64,000 nt of DNA, taken from assembly GCA_905178155.1 (NCBI GenBank), contig CAJINV010000031.1, forward strand, positions 1 to 64,000, written 5' to 3'. Made by a program: the position numbers and the translations under genes. Positions 53,401 through 64,000 of the stretch are shown here, one piece after another; the first letter of the stretch is position 1; the number at the start of each line of letters is the position of its first letter. The stretch comes from Amoebophrya sp. A120 (taxonomy: Eukaryota; Protista; Dinoflagellata). The notes beneath the pieces were generated by a model. That model was not told where the DNA came from, did not search any database, and saw nothing but the letters and a program-made list of their open reading frames with translations.

Positions 53401-53784
53401 CTGGCCGAGCGCGCGCAGCTGCACTTCGGCTGGTTAGCGGAAGCGCTCGCGGAAAAGTGCCCCAACGCCCGCGTGAAGATGCCCATCGTCCGCTGGAAGT
53501 GGGAGAAGATCCAGGGCCGGTGCAAGGAGCTGTTGGTCGGACGGCACCGCTGGAAGGTACACCCGGTGGACCAGGACATTGACGCGTTTCTGCTGCAGAA
53601 CTGCCACGACGTGATGGCCGCGCAGGGGGTTTCCGTGAAGCAGGTCTGCATCGTCTCCAACGACAAATTCCTCAAGGAGGCGGAGTCCTTTCGACACCTC
53701 CCGCTCGCACAATTGCGTGTCCCCTTCACGATCGATGAAGATTCCCAACGTGTCTATCTCGAGGACAAACGGACAACTGCATGA
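47422..53784 (+). CDS. UPF1/SEN1-like SF1B helicase with C-terminal Zc3h12a/Regnase-like PIN domain; two large exons, 5' end uncertain
   Basis: GPPGTGKT, AQSNAAAN, IDEAAQ, IGDEQQLP, SLFEK, QRRMH, GVITPYAEQ, TVDGFQGNE, RRINVALSRAR; C-terminal VFVDSGNV..DIDAFLL..IVSNDKF. ORFs 47476-49848 and 50176-53784 join in frame across 49596-50216. Confidence 0.85.
49596..50216 (+). other. Probable non-canonical intron (621 bp) with an internal inverted repeat
   Basis: Codon bias is lost; ends TAGCC...GGATA with CGAG/CTAG flanks; removal gives in-frame EAT-RRRNK. A ~46-bp inverted repeat lies at 49939-49985 / 50109-50155. Confidence 0.55.
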
Positions 53785-54322
53785 CCCATTTTCATTTCGG
53801 AACATCACGGAGTGAATTTCATTTTCAATGTAGGTTCGAAGAACACGACCACTTTTACAGCTTGGACTAAAGTAGAAGTAGATTGTCCTCGACCTCGTCG
53901 AGTTTTGGACGCCACATTACTTGTGTTCTCTGTGTGCGTTGCGTTGTGCTTTGTGGGAAGCGTCGATCGGGATGTTGTGCCAGGTCTATCACTTTGGTTT
54001 CGCCTAGTACTACACCTGGCAGATTCAGAGAAGGCGAAATGTACTTTAGTAGTCGGGCATGATCTGTGGGGGACCGGGGTATGGGGATCCGGCTGCCTCG
54101 GTTGCATTGGGGGCCATTTTGAGCGCCAAAGTGGACTCCGACTGTACAGCCGGGGTCCTTCGGCTACCTCGTTTGCATTGCGGGGTCATTTTGGGCAAAA
54201 AGTGGCCCGCTTGCTGCCCAAAGGGGGGTCGTTTCGCCATTTTGAGGCCCAAAGTGGCCTCCGACTGCACAGCCGAGGTCCCCCGGCTGCGTCGTTTGCG
54301 TTCGGGCTGCGTGCTAGATCTA

Positions 54323-54602
54323 GATGGCTGGCGGGTCTGACCGGCCAGCCATTTTGCATGCCCTCCTTTAAAGGAGGAGCGCGAGCCAGATGGCTGGCAG
54401 GTCTGACCTGCCAGCCATTTTGCATCCCCTCCTCTAAAGGGGGAGCGCGTGCCAGATGGCTGGCAGGTCTGACCTGCCAGCCATTTTGCATCCCCACCTC
54501 TGAAGGAGGAGCGCGTGCCAGATGGCTGGCAGGTCTGACCTGCCAGCCATTTTGCATCCCCACCTCTGAAGGATGAGCGCGTGCCAGATGGCTGGCAGGT
54601 CG
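54323..54602. repeat. 66-bp tandem repeat (about 4.3 copies) built from palindromes
   Basis: Unit contains ATGGCTGGCAGGTC-T-GACCTGCCAGCCAT and CTCCT-TTAA-AGGAG. Confidence 0.92.
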
Positions 54603-54699
54603 GACCTCCAACTGGACAAACCGGGCTGTCCGGCGGCCCGGTTTGTGAGTTGGGCGTATTTTGGGCCCGGTCACGACAGCCCCGTGTGGACCGGGCAGA

Positions 54700-56990
54700 C
54701 GGCCAGCAGATCTTTCGCGAAATTTCAAAAATTCATTTTTATCGTACAGGGAAATCCGCGAAATTTCGAAAATTTATTTTTATTGCCTACTATTACGAAA
54801 GGCAATGCTGATACTATTGGCGTGGGGGCTTGCCACCACAGCCGCTGTGGTGGCAAGCTGCGTCACCACACCTGGCTGTGGTGACAGGTGTGGTGACGAG
54901 CTGCGTCACCACACCTGGCTGTGGCGACAGGTGTGGTGACAAGCTGCGTCACCACACCTGGCTGTGGTGACAGGTGTGGTGGCAAGCCGTGTCGCCACAG
55001 CTGGCTCTGGTGACAGGTGTGGTGACAATCCCTATCACCACACCTGGCTGCGGTGACAGGCGTGGTGACAAGCTGCGTCACCACACCTGGCTGTGGTGAC
55101 AGATGTGGTGACAAGCTGCGTCACCACACTCGGCTGTGGTGACAGGTGTGATGACAAGCTGCGTCACCACACTTGGCTGTGGTGACAGGTGTGGTGACAT
55201 TGCCTGGCACCACAACCGGCTGTGGTGACAGGTGTGGTGACAAGCCCTGTCACGACAACCGGCTGTGGTGACAGGTGTGGTGACAAGCTGCGTCGCCACA
55301 CCTGGCTGTGGTGACAGGTGTTGTGACGAGCTGCGTCACCACACCTGGCTGTGGTGACAGGTGTGGTGATAAGCTGCGTCACCACACCTGGCTGTGGTGA
55401 CAGGTGTGGTGACAAGCCGTGTCACCACACCTGGCTGTGGTGACAGGTGTGGTGACAAGCTGCGTCACCACACCTGGCTGTCACAGGTGTGGTGACAAGG
55501 TGCGTCACCACATCTAGCTGTGGCAACAGGTGTGGCGGCAAGCTGCGTCGCCACGAGTTTGCGCCTCCCTCTCGTTTTCGCAGGCAATAAAAATAAACAT
55601 TTGAAATTTCGCGGATTTTCCTTTACGATTAAAATTAATTTTTGAAATTTCGCGACAGATATTGCCGTCGGCCCTGCCACCAGGCCGGGCTGTGGTGACA
55701 GGTGTGATGGCAAGCCCCCGTGTCACCACACCTGGCTGTGGCGACAGGTGCGGTGACAAGCCGTGCCACCACACCTGGCTGCGGTGACAGGTGTGGTGAC
55801 AATCCCTGTCACCACACCTGGTTGCGGTGACAGGCGTGGTGACAAGCTGCGTCACCACACCTGGCTGTGGTGACAGATGTGGTGACAAGCTGCGTCGCCA
55901 CACCTGGTTGTGGTGACAGGTGTGGTGACAAGCTGCGTCACCACACCTGGCTGTGGTGACAGGTGTGGTGACAAGTGTGGTGACAAGCTGCGTCACCACA
56001 CTTGGCTGTGGTGACAGGTGTGGTGACAATCCCTGGCACCACAACCGGCTGTGGTGACAGGTGTGGTGACAAGCCCTGTCACCACGACCGGCTGTGGTGA
56101 CAGGTGTGGTGACAAGCTGCGTCACCACACCTGGCTGTGGTGACAGCTGTGGTGACGAGCTGCGTCACCACACCTGGCTGTGGTGACAGGTGTGGTGACG
56201 AGCTGCGTCACCACACCTGGCTGTGGCGACAGGTGTGGTGACAAGCGGCGTCACCACACCTGGCTGTGGTGACAGGTGTGGTGACAAGCCGTGTCACCAC
56301 ACCTGGCTGTGGTGACAGGTGTGGTGACAAGCCCTGTCACCACACCTGGCTGCGGTGACACGTGTGGTGACAAGCCCTGTCACCACACCTGGCTGTGGTG
56401 ACAGGGGTGGTGACAAGCTGCGTCACCACACCTGGCTGCGGTGACACGTGTGGTGACAAGTCCTGTCACCATACCTGGCTGTGGTGACAGGTGTGGTGAC
56501 AAGCTGCGTCACCACACATGGCTGTGACAGGTGTGGTGACAAGGTGCGTCACCACATCTAGCTGTGGCAACAGGTGTGGCGACAAGCTGCGTCGCCACGA
56601 GTTTGCGCTTCCCTCTCGTTTTCGCAGGCAATAAAAATGAATTTTTGAACTTTCGCGGATTTTCCTCAACGATAAAAATAAATTTTTGAAATTTCGCCAT
56701 CACACCTGTCACCACAGCGCGGCTTGGTGGCGGGGCAGACGGCCAGATGTGTCGCGAAATTTCAAAAAGTCATTTTTATCGTAGAGGAAAGTCTCTGGCT
56801 TGTCGCACCACATCTGGGTGTGATGACAAGCCCTGTCAGCCACTCAGATGTGGTGACAGGGCTTGTCATCACAGCCAGGTAAAAGAGGGCTATCACCACA
56901 GCCAGGTGTGGTGACGTAGCTTGTCACCACACCTGCCACCACAGCCAGGTGTGGTGACACAGCTTGTCATCACACCTATCACCACAGCCT
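54700..56990. repeat. 43-bp palindromic satellite with interspersed AT-rich modules in both orientations
   Basis: Unit TGTGGTGACAGGTGTGGTGACAAGCTGCGTCACCACACCTGGC. AT-rich module at about 54714 and 56753 (forward) and about 55580 and 56625 (inverted). Unit orientation flips after about 56700. Confidence 0.93.
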
Positions 56991-59092
56991 AGAAAAGTGG
57001 GGGCGCCCGGCCCGCGTCGCCTGCTCTCATGAGCAGGGCGAGGGCGCGATGGGGCGGGCCGCCATCGTGCTAGGCAAGTGCTTCGGAGGGGCCCTTTGTT
57101 CGCCCCGCCTTTTGCGCCGCATAGCATCGGGCAAGTGTTTCGCACAAGCCTAGAAAAGTGGGGCCGCCCGGGCGTCGTCGCCTGCCNNNNNNNNNNNNNN
57201 NNNNNNNNNNNNNNNNNNNNNNNNNNNNNNNNNNNNNNNNNNNNNNNNNNNNNNNNNNNNNNNNNNNNNNNNNNNNNNNNNNNNNNNNNNNNNNNNNNNN
57301 NNNNNNNNNNNNNNNNNNNNNNNNNNNNNNNNNNNNNNNNNNNNNNNNNNNNNNNNNNNNNNNNNNNNNNNNNNNNNNNNNNNNNNNNNNNNNNNNNNNN
57401 NNNNNNNNNNNNNNNNNNNNNNNNNNNNNNNNNNNNNNNNNNNNNNNNNNNNNNNNNNNNNNNNNNNNNNNNNNNNNNNNNNNNNNNNNNNNNNNNNNNN
57501 NNNNNNNNNNNNNNNNNNNNNNNNNNNNNNNNNNNNNNNNNNNNNNNNNNNNNNNNNNNNNNNNNNNNNNNNNNNNNNNNNNNNNNNNNNNNNNNNNNNN
57601 NNNNNNNNNNNNNNNNNNNNNNNNNNNNNNNNNNNNNNNNNNNNNNNNNNNNNNNNNNNNNNNNNNNNNNNNNNNNNNNNNNNNNNNNNNNNNNNNNNNN
57701 NNNNNNNNNNNNNNNNNNNNNNNNNNNNNNNNNNNNNNNNNNNNNNNNNNNNNNNNNNNNNNNNNNNNNNNNNNNNNNNNNNNNNNNNNNNNNNNNNNNN
57801 NNNNNNNNNNNNNNNNNNNNNNNNNNNNNNNNNNNNNNNNNNNNNNNNNNNNNNNNNNNNNNNNNNNNNNNNNNNNNNNNNNNNNNNNNNNNNNNNNNNN
57901 NNNNNNNNNNNNNNNNNNNNNNNNNNNNNNNNNNNNNNNNNNNNNNNNNNNNNNNNNNNNNNNNNNNNNNNNNNNNNNNNNNNNNNNNNNNNNNNNNNNN
58001 NNNNNNNNNNNNNNNNNNNNNNNNNNNNNNNNNNNNNNNNNNNNNNNNNNNNNNNNNNNNNNNNNNNNNNNNNGGCGCCCGGCCCGCGTCGCCTGCTCTC
58101 ATGAGCAGGGCGAGGGCGCGATGGGGCGGGCCGCCATCGTGCTAGGCAAGTGCTTCGGAGGGGCCCTTTGTTCGCCCCGCCTTTTGCGCCGCATAGCATC
58201 GGGCAAGTGTTTCGCACAAGCCTAGAAAAGTGGGGCCGCCCGGGCGTCGTCGCCTGCCCCTCTACGGCCTTTTGCGCCGCATAGCATCTGGCAAGTGTTT
58301 CGCACAAGCATAGAAAAGTGGGGCCGCCCGGCCGGCGTCGCTTGCCCCTCTTCGGGCTTTTGCGCCGCATAGCATTGGGCAAGTGTTTCGCACAAGCCTA
58401 GAAAAGTGGGGCCACCCGGCCGGCTCTCCTGCCCCTCGCTCTACGGGCCTTTGCGCCGCATGGCATCGGGCAAGTGTTTCGCACAAGCCTTGAAAAGTGG
58501 GGGTGCCCGGCCCGCGCCGCCTGCCCCGGTGAGCAGGCTGGGGGCGCGATGGGGCGGGCCGCCATTGTGCTAGGCAAGTGTTTCGGACGGGCCCTTTGTT
58601 CGCCCCGCCTTTTGCGCCGCATAGCATCGGGCAAGTGTTTCGCACAAGCCTAGAAAAGTGGGGCTGCCCGGCCGGCGCTGCCTGCCCCTCCACGGCCTTT
58701 TGCGCCGCATAGCACCGGGCAAGTGTTTCGCACAAGCCTAGAAAAGTGGGGCCGCCCGGCCGGCGTCGCCGGCCCCTCGCACTACGGCCTTTTGCGCCGC
58801 ATAGCATCGGGCAAGCGTTTCGCACAAGCCTAGACAAGTGGGGGCGCCCGGCCGGCGTCGCCTGCTCCTGTCAGCGGGCTGGGGTCGCGATGGGGCGGGC
58901 CGCCATTGTGCTAGGCAAGTGTTTCGGGCGGGCCCTTTGTTCGCCCCGCCTTTTGCGCCGCATAGCATCGGGCAAGTGTTTCGTACAAGCCTAGAAAAGT
59001 GGGGGCGCCCGGCCCGCGTCGCCTGCCCCTCTACGGCCTTTTGCGCCGCATAGCATCGGGCAAGTGTTTCGCACAAGCCTAGAAAGTTGGGG
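56985..59092. repeat. Tandem repeat with a conserved ~54-bp core and two linker length classes; spans an assembly gap
   Basis: Core TTTTGCGCCGCATAGCATCGGGCAAGTGTTTCGCACAAGCCTAGAAAAGTGGGG recurs about 9 times. Confidence 0.92.
57187..58073. other. Assembly gap
   Basis: Run of N. Confidence 1.
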
Positions 59093-60079
59093 GCTCGACC
59101 GAAGTCTCGATCGCGTTCTACCACGTCGTTCTGGTTTCGCAAGTCGATTTAGACGAGAGGGCAAAAAATAGCTACGGACTTCTGCTGGATTCTGTGGTTG
59201 TTTAGGAATGAAGCTCGAGCGGCGCGCTGAGTGGTTGACCGAAGTGCTGCAATTTCTCGTGAGGGATCAAGGATGCAAAAGGTCGGTTTGTATGTCGGTC
59301 ACTGGTATGTGCAGGCTACTTGCGGGCGCGCTAGACCTCGCGTCGTGCTTGTGAATGTGTCTTCGTACTCTGTCCCCTGAAGTTGCTGAGCGAGCAGGAA
59401 GCCAAGCAACAGAAGCTGGGAGCTAGTTGGTACTTGTTGGCGCGTAGATGCTTGTTTCAGAGATGGTCTTCTAATTGCGAGCTGCTGAGCAGGTACTGGA
59501 CCCACGCTCACACAGTATTTTGACGCAAAAATCATGTCTCCCGCTGCCGCGGCCGCTTCCGGGTCGGCGAATAGTTCCACAACTCCAAGGAACGCCGCCG
59601 CAAACAAGCGTGATGGTCGCCGCGGGAAGGTGGACGGAGATGAGCAGGCCCGCGGGTGAACGACATGGCCAGGGCGCAGTGCACGTTCAGCGCGCTAATG
59701 TCCTTCCGCACCTGGCTCATATGGCCGGAGCACGGCCCCCGTTACGGAGAAGCGTGGCAGTCTGTTGGGGTGAAGACGGGGAATAAAAGGAGCGACCCAG
59801 CGGCGCTCCCTCACCCGCCCCAGTTGTGACGACGAAGGCACCGGCACGAAAGCCCCTTCATTAGACGGCCTCCTAGCTATCGACGTGCACTCTTTGATCT
59901 TCGGCGGCCACAATAGTTGCGTCTCGGCTCCGCCGCAGCGGCAGTAAGCAGACTGCTCGTCGTGGTCATCTTCAGAGTTGCGTTGGGTACTGGGGTCGCA
60001 GGCGTGCGCCTGCTCGGCGAGAGCAGCTCGCGCCTGGACTCAGTAGGGGCGCCCAAAACTACGCCTCCGCGCCCCCGCG

Positions 60080-60370
60080 CATTGCTGCAAGCAGAGGGGG
60101 CGGGGCCTGCAGTTTCGGGCGCTTTTGTTCGCCCCGCCTTTTGCGCCGCATAGCATCGGGCAAGTGTTTCGCACAAGCCTCGAACGTGGGGCCGCCCGGC
60201 CCGCGCCGCCTGCCCCTCTACGGGCAGGTCGGGGACGCAGTGCTGCAAGCAGAAGGGGCCGGGCCTGAGGTTTCGGGCGCTTTTGCTCGCCCCGCCTTTT
60301 GCGCCGCGCAACATCTGGCAAGTGTTTCGCACAAGCCTAGAAGCGTGGGGCTGCCCGGCCCGCGTCGCCT
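60080..60370. repeat. Two further diverged copies of the 54-bp-core repeat
   Basis: Same core at about 60139 and about 60297. Confidence 0.85.
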
Positions 60371-60871
60371 CGTTGCACCCCAGTGCAGCTGCTATAAGTG
60401 CAATCGTGACTGTGGTCAGAGACTCCTGTTATACTCGATGCACGATTTTGCGGTCCGCGTTCGTCCGCAACATTCACGGCATTGTGGCTGCCAACCTCTT
60501 CACGAAGCGTGTATTTGGTTCACGAGTAGAGCGCGAGTGCTAATCACGTGAGTTTATATAGTGTTGACGAAGTAGAACGACCTGAGCCTGACGAGAGAGA
60601 GAAGCGAGAGGAGAACGACCGGAAAGATGAAGTTTTTGTTTGCATGGAAGATTTTGTCTTCTTGACTGTACTAAGTGTTACTCCCGGGAGAGGAGGGGAT
60701 TTTTTCTATTCCGGCTGCCAGAGAGATACCAGAGTGATGTTGTGTTTGCGTTGATCAATTTCGCGCATTGTAGGTCCGCTCCCGCTGCACTAGTACACTA
60801 TCGCCTTGCTAGTTCGAAGGTGCCGTCCCGTTCCGTTCCGACGCTATTGTCTCGGGTTGCCGACATCCGCG

Positions 60872-63800
60872 ATGGCGTCGCATAGCAAGGGCAGTAAGAG
60901 CGAGCCGGCCCTGCCGACATTGCTCCAGGACGCTGCACGACACTCGTCGCCTCTCCGCGGGCCTGGCACTGCCGGCCCAGCGTTGAAAAGGCGACCGCCC
61001 GTTACCGCGGCCCGTGGGTTCATTCCACCGCCACCGACAGCGTCGAAGAACTTCCGCGTTACAACAGAAGCGGTGTTGGCCCTGGAGGATCCGAAATTGC
61101 GCAAGCGGATTCGCTCACGATTGCAGGAATTGATACACAACTACAACGCTTCCTGCACCAAGGCCCCCTTCAACTTCCCCTGGAGGCAGCCGGGATACCG
61201 GCTGCGTACGTTCGACTATTTTCGCAACACGCGGGACCGACAGACCTACTTGCAGACCAAAGGAGCCCGGTCCAATTACGATCCCCGGATGCACTTGGAC
61301 ATCAATAAGCTGTCATCCGAGGAGCTGCTGGCGAAACTGGTGAGCGCCAAGAAGGACGAGGAGAGGGAGTCGATTTTAGGAGGCGTCTGTTTGTTCAAGC
61401 TTGAGACCTTGCTGAAACACTTGGACGGCCAGCAAAAAACGCGCGAGCTGATCGCTAAAGCGTACAAACCCGTATTCGAGAAGCACGAGAAGAAGTTCCT
61501 CGACACCAGGGACGGAGAAAGACCGGAGCGCGATTTTGAACGTGAGAAGAGAGAGCTCCTTGCGGACCTGGCTGCGTACACTGGGCGGCGAAATCTACCT
61601 GCAGCGGGGCCGCCCGCCAAAAAAAGAGTCTTCGCGATAAGCACGGAAGACGATGCTGCGCCGGCGCGTGCTACGCCGTCGAGCGGCGGTGTTTTGGCTT
61701 TTAGCGGTGCAGAAAAAGCAAAGGAGGACGGAAGGGAGAAAACGGAGAACGAAGTGCAGAACAAACACGCGAGCCGCACTGCGGTTTCCGCAGGCGCATC
61801 TACACCGCAGCGAAAAACGGAATTTGCCCCCGTCGACCTGGTCGAGAGAAGCCAGTCGGAACAGGAGGAGAGCGACGAAATTTTGGCGAGTCCGCGGACC
61901 AGCGGTGAAGCCGGTGAAAACCTACCCAGCGACCCCCTTCCGCGGGTAGACCCTGTAAGAGGAGCCACTTTATTCGTGCGCGGCCAGCCGGACGTGGAAA
62001 AGGTCGATGACAGTAGCGGCGAGGGGAAGGAGCATTCTGCCGCTGCGAAAAACCAGACGCAGACCGTCCGCCGACAGCATCGCAGTTTGTTGGGTGTTGG
62101 CAGCAGCGAAGATGTAGTGCAGCTGCGGGCACGAGGTGAAGAACAGGTCGCGCCGAAAGCACCGCAGAGGAAGGAAAAAGTAAAAGCCGCAGTTAGTAGT
62201 CGCAGTCTAGAGCACAAGAAAAGGGTAAAGAAAGTAGAGCGTCCGTGGACAGAAGATGACATCTTTGATTTTGGAAATCAAGTTGCCCCAGGCGTGTTCG
62301 TCGGGCCGGACAAGCTCTTCGCACTGGTGCATAAAGACGATGTGGAGAACAAGTTCCGACGGCGAGCAGGGAGCGAGCAGGTGGTCTCGGACGCGTACGA
62401 CAAACACAACACCGACGCCGTGTTGCGGTGGAAAAAGGAGGTAGCAGACAAGTGCCTCACCCACGTCGTCTTATCCTGCTTAAAAAAGCTCCCACCCCAG
62501 AGTCAAGATGAGAAATGTGCATCGCAAATCCAAATTCCTATAGTTTTTGGAGTTGAGCATGACAAGTTCCTATTAGTAGCGCACTGCTGGTTAGTAAGAA
62601 GGATAGCCGTACCACAAGGTCGCGCCCTTTGTTTCCTGTTATTTGCAGCATTACAATTGCCAAGACGCGGCTAGACGAATTGCCTCTCACGATGTAGATG
62701 CAATTCTGCATGACGACTCTGTGCTGGGGACGTTTTTGCTCAGGATGCATGTCGATCCACGATTATTTGACCATAGACAAGAAAAACTTTCCGAACGTCA
62801 GGGAGCTCTCGCACTTTTCGGGACTCTGTGACGACGATGCCACGGAGCTGGGGCCGGTGCTCGAGTCCGCAATTACCGCCATACACGAAGGCTTGTGGCA
62901 GTTGGCCGTCGGCGGAGCGGCGCCGATCCGCTTAGACGCGATCGCACGAGAGCAATGGAACGCGCTTGTGGTGCATTCCGATTCCGAAGATGGCGGCGAG
63001 GGCGAGGATGGTCAAGTTCCCGCTTCTGCGAGGCCGGCGAAGAGGACGAAGCTCTCGGCGACGCAGCATCATGAGCAACAGCGTAACCCCGTCCGAGTGG
63101 AGGCCGCGGCGCGTTGTGAAGAGGCAAGCAACCCCGAACGAACGTTGCGGAACAAAAAAACGCCTTTCCAGCTACCACGCTGTCGGTCTTTGCGTAGAAG
63201 GTTTTTTGATGTGGTCCCCCTAGTGCAGGATAGATGGTGATGATGCATGAAGACGTTAGTGATAATTGTATGTAAAATGCAAAAGTGCAAGGGAAATGCA
63301 AATGGAAATCACGTACAACAGGCTTATTTTTAATTTGGCCGTGCGGCATTTCTACGCATGACGGAGGGATGAACTTTGTGTATTTTGAAAGTGCGCAAAA
63401 CCAAAAGTGGCTGTGATGGTTTCTTTTTCTTGGATACGCCCTGGTGTACATTCACTGTCACCAAGGGTGCAGTCGTTCTGCGGCGTTGTGGATCGCGTAC
63501 GTGGTATGCTGCTGTGAAGTTCCTGATCTAGAATTAGCTCTCCACACGGCACAGCAAGGACGTTACCTGGTATCGCCGAATGACGCCTTCCTAGAACAGG
63601 GCAAGGGGAAAGGCTTCGGAGGGGGCTCGTCATCCTCGTCATCATCATCATCTTCTTCTTCGTCTTCTAGTTCCTCCTCGAACAAGCAGGGAGAGAGAAA
63701 CGAAAACCAACAGCAGGACACGAAGCATACAGCAATCAGCGTGACGCGGACGCAGTCGCGGCGTTTTTGGCGAACCACTTCGCGAGAAAACACTTCGACG

Positions 63801-63920
63801 CCACGAACTTCTACAACCCGGCGGTTCTCCCGACAGACCACCGGGAACACATCTTTTCCACGCGGATGGCAAAGCCGCCAAGAGTGGCCGCGGGAGCGGA
63901 GCAGCCGAGCTTCGTGCTAG
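60872..63920 (+). CDS. Dual-specificity protein phosphatase with a long N-terminal extension; catalytic domain split by two introns
   Basis: QVAPGVFVG, THV(V/M)SI, GLCDD..ELGPVLESAITAIHEG, VYIHCHQGCSRSAALWIAY and SPNDAFLEQ are DSP fold motifs with HCx2GxSRS. The 3' end may involve further exons. Confidence 0.85.
62472..62747 (-). mobile_element. Introner/MITE-like intron, copy 3, inverted relative to copies 1 and 2
   Basis: Left end TATCCTGCTTAAAAAAGCTCCCACCCCAGAGTCAAGATGAGAAATGTGC matches the reverse complement of the right end of copy 2. Degenerate 5-bp repeats CGTCT/CATGT. Removing it with 5 bp restores the frame. Confidence 0.85.
63165..63436 (+). other. Probable intron in the DSP domain; boundaries approximate
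   Basis: AT-rich, stop-containing segment with TTTCCA...TGGATA ends and CGCC flanks. The frame is restored if exactly these 272 bp are removed. Confidence 0.45.
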
Positions 63921-64000
63921 ACGAGAATCTAAAGTCGGCAAACACCACACAGCCTGGAAGAGCATCTGCGCGCGTTCTATCGTGTGGGAAAATTTCCGGT

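Noticed and set aside
53812-56715. Repetitive ORFs (ARARWLAGLTCQPFCIP; HHTCHHSQVW)
   Set aside because: Translations of the 66-bp and 43-bp satellites; the palindromic DNA structure explains them without coding function.
56924-58382. Long ORFs containing X runs (also 36816-37256)
   Set aside because: Artefacts of translating through N gaps and repeats.
56985-59092. CRISPR-like repeat/spacer array
   Set aside because: The 'spacers' are homologous to each other and fall in two length classes, the core is longer than typical CRISPR repeats, there are no cas genes, and the context is eukaryotic.

Overview
Eukaryotic genomic DNA, most likely a Syndiniales/dinoflagellate-type genome such as Amoebophrya (inference from non-canonical inverted-repeat introns and HVDD-type copia RTs). 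The left 37 kb holds two structurally complete Ty1/copia LTR retrotransposons, both on the minus strand and 676 bp apart. Element A (2658-15840; 421-bp LTRs, AAAAA TSD, tRNA-iMet PBS) carries about 4.9 kb of extra ORFs after pol. Element B (16517-37296; about 22 kb once a gap is allowed for) is organised like a complex retrovirus: about 4.2-kb TA...TA LTRs that each carry a ~726-aa ORF, three tightly packed ORFs upstream of gag (one ending in an MDM2-type RING), a CCCH-finger gag joined to pol by a single in-frame UGA, and a Poa1p/TARG1-like macrodomain at the front of pol. The right 27 kb holds host genes: bL9 ribosomal protein, an unknown membrane-anchored protein, a SWEET transporter, a UPF1-like helicase fused to a Regnase-like PIN domain, and a dual-specificity phosphatase. 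Several are interrupted by ~270-bp inverted-repeat introner elements in either orientation. Blocks of palindrome-rich satellites and two assembly gaps lie among these features. All domain calls are by-eye motif recognition, not database searches.
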